NCBI GenBank assembly: GCA_965552295.1
Contig: CBEVRO010000005.1
Span: forward strand, 1-24,000
Length of the DNA: 24,000 nucleotides
From: an uncultured archaeon
Lineage (GTDB): Archaea; Korarchaeota; Korarchaeia; Korarchaeales; Korarchaeaceae
Direction of reading: 5' to 3'
Shown here: positions 22,726 through 24,000 of the stretch, one piece after another
Numbering within the stretch: position 1 is the first letter of the stretch
Layout: each line of letters begins with the position of its first letter
Notes under the pieces: generated by a model
What the model was told of the DNA's origin: nothing
The model's input: the letters and a program-made list of their open reading frames with translations, nothing else
The model's database searches: none
Translations under genes and position numbers: made by a program

Positions 22726-24000
22726 ATGAGAGTCCTGCAGGGAGAGGACGCCTGGAGGTACGTGGCCTCTCTAGAAACGAGGGACATCGAGAGTTGGCTC
22801 TTCAGGCAGGCTGTAGAGCCAATAATCAGGGACGTGAGGGTCAGAGGAGACGCAGCCGTCGCGGAGCACGTAGCTAAGCTCTACGGAGTAGAGCTGTCCC
22901 CAGACGAATTCAGGGTATCGAAGTGGGAGATAGAAGACGCTGCCTCGAGGGTATCTAGTGAAGACAAGAAGCTCATCGAGAGAGCGGTCGACGTGATAGC
23001 GGACTTCCACAGAGACCAGATGCCTAGAACGTACTCCAAGTCATACCCATGGGGGATGGCGTGGATCACTTGGGAGCCGCTAGACAGGGTCGGTGTCCAC
23101 GTCCCAGAGTATGATGAGGTGGCTTACGTCTCGACCCTGCTCTTTGCCGCGGTTCCAGCTCAGATTGCTGGAGTCAAGGAAATCGCGGTCTTCACTCCTC
23201 CTTTGGCTGGGGGCAGAGTTCGGCCCATATTGCTAGCGGCGTGTGAGATTCTGGGTCTCCAAGAAGTCTACAGAGTGGGAGGTCCCGTTGCCGTTGCGGC
23301 CATGGCGTACGGCACCTCAAAGATTTCCGCGGTGGAGAAGATAGTGGGCTCGGGAGACAGCTACTTTATGGCCGCCAAGCAGATAGTTGCCTCAGATGTA
23401 CCGGTGGACATGCCATCAGGGCCCTCAGAGACTGCTATTCTTGCTGATATATCCGCGGATCCACGCGTAGTCGCTGCAGAGACTCTCTCACAGGCAGAGC
23501 ACGACGTTGACTCCATGGTGCTCTTGCTTACTGATAGCGAGGAGTTGGTGGGAGAAGTCCTTGAACTCATTGAGGCGATGGCAGATGAGCTTGATAGAGG
23601 AGGAGTGGCTAGAGAGGCGATTAACGGGAAGGGCGCTGCCCTGATCTTCGACACCATGGAGGACGCTGTAGAGGCAGTGAACGTCATAGCTCCAGAGAGA
23701 GTTACTATCCTCTCTAGAGACGAGAGCCTAGCCAACCGGATAAAGAAGGCCGGAGCTATATTCATCGGGCCCTACACCGTTAGCGCCTTTGGTGACTACG
23801 CTCTAGGGATAAATCAGCTGCTCCCGAGTGGAGGGTACGCCAGGAGGTTTGGAACCCTAACAATCTACAGCTATCTAAGGCCGGTAGCGCACGGTAGGTT
23901 GACGAGGGAGGGAGCGAAGGAACTCGCGCCAATAGTGTGTAGGTTAGCTAGACTCGAGGGTCTGACTGCCCACGCCGAAGCCGTCAAGATAGCCACTTCC
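22726..24000 (+). CDS. hisD: Histidinol dehydrogenase (3' end runs off the window)
   Basis: My own translation of frame 1: MRVLQGEDAW...IIRDVRVRGDAAVAEHVAKLYGVEL...VGGPVAVAAMAYGTSKISAVEKIVGSGDSYFMAAKQIV...VDMPSGPSETAILAD...AETLSQAEHD...IFIGPYTVSAFGDYALGINQLLPSGGYARRFG...LEGLTAHAEAV. These are the hallmark HisD motifs. The frame is open to nt 24000 (425 codons, so nearly full length). It is missing from the ORF track because there is no stop in the window. Confidence 0.9.
   Translation, partial: MRVLQGEDAWRYVASLETRDIESWLFRQAVEPIIRDVRVRGDAAVAEHVAKLYGVELSPDEFRVSKWEIEDAASRVSSEDKKLIERAVDVIADFHRDQMPRTYSKSYPWGMAWITWEPLDRVGVHVPEYDEVAYVSTLLFAAVPAQIAGVKEIAVFTPPLAGGRVRPILLAACEILGLQEVYRVGGPVAVAAMAYGTSKISAVEKIVGSGDSYFMAAKQIVASDVPVDMPSGPSETAILADISADPRVVAAETLSQAEHDVDSMVLLLTDSEELVGEVLELIEAMADELDRGGVAREAINGKGAALIFDTMEDAVEAVNVIAPERVTILSRDESLANRIKKAGAIFIGPYTVSAFGDYALGINQLLPSGGYARRFGTLTIYSYLRPVAHGRLTREGAKELAPIVCRLARLEGLTAHAEAVKIATS

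Noticed and set aside
22771-23765. Minus-strand ORFs of 79, 62 and 134 aa listed in the track.
   Set aside because: They lie antisense to hisD, which is unmistakable on the plus strand in frame 1. The track omitted hisD only because it has no stop in the window.

Overview
GC-rich, gene-dense chromosomal segment that looks like a hyperthermophilic archaeon, probably crenarchaeal/Thermoproteota-like. Supporting signs are a single-chain reverse gyrase, an archaeal-type GluRS with the long N-terminal helical extension, a XerA-type recombinase, and A/T-rich TATA-like boxes about 25-40 nt upstream of many starts. I support 18 protein genes. Order: 5'-truncated unknown ORF; RNase J-like beta-CASP nuclease; PflA-like radical SAM enzyme; small 4-TM protein; 1028-aa MrfA/Hel112-like SF2 helicase; M24 prolidase; PUA-type RlmI-like methyltransferase; AbrB-like plus small CxxCxxC protein operon; reverse gyrase; 930-aa propeller/Ig/TM/polyproline membrane protein; XerA; FAD reductase plus 2x[4Fe-4S] ferredoxin; isoaspartyl peptidase; GluRS; secreted S-layer-like protein; and hisD, which the ORF track missed because it runs off the window end. 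I saw no rRNA, convincing tRNA, CRISPR array, transposon or prophage. I do not see a convincingly novel multi-gene system, and most genes are housekeeping. The best leads are single genes or pairs: the membrane protein with a polyproline/helical cytoplasmic tail, the helicase with an unassigned C-terminal half, and the AbrB/CxxCxxC pair divergent from reverse gyrase. Several perfect inverted repeats sit on promoters or on paired stop codons. All family assignments come from motif reading by eye and need HMM or structure confirmation.
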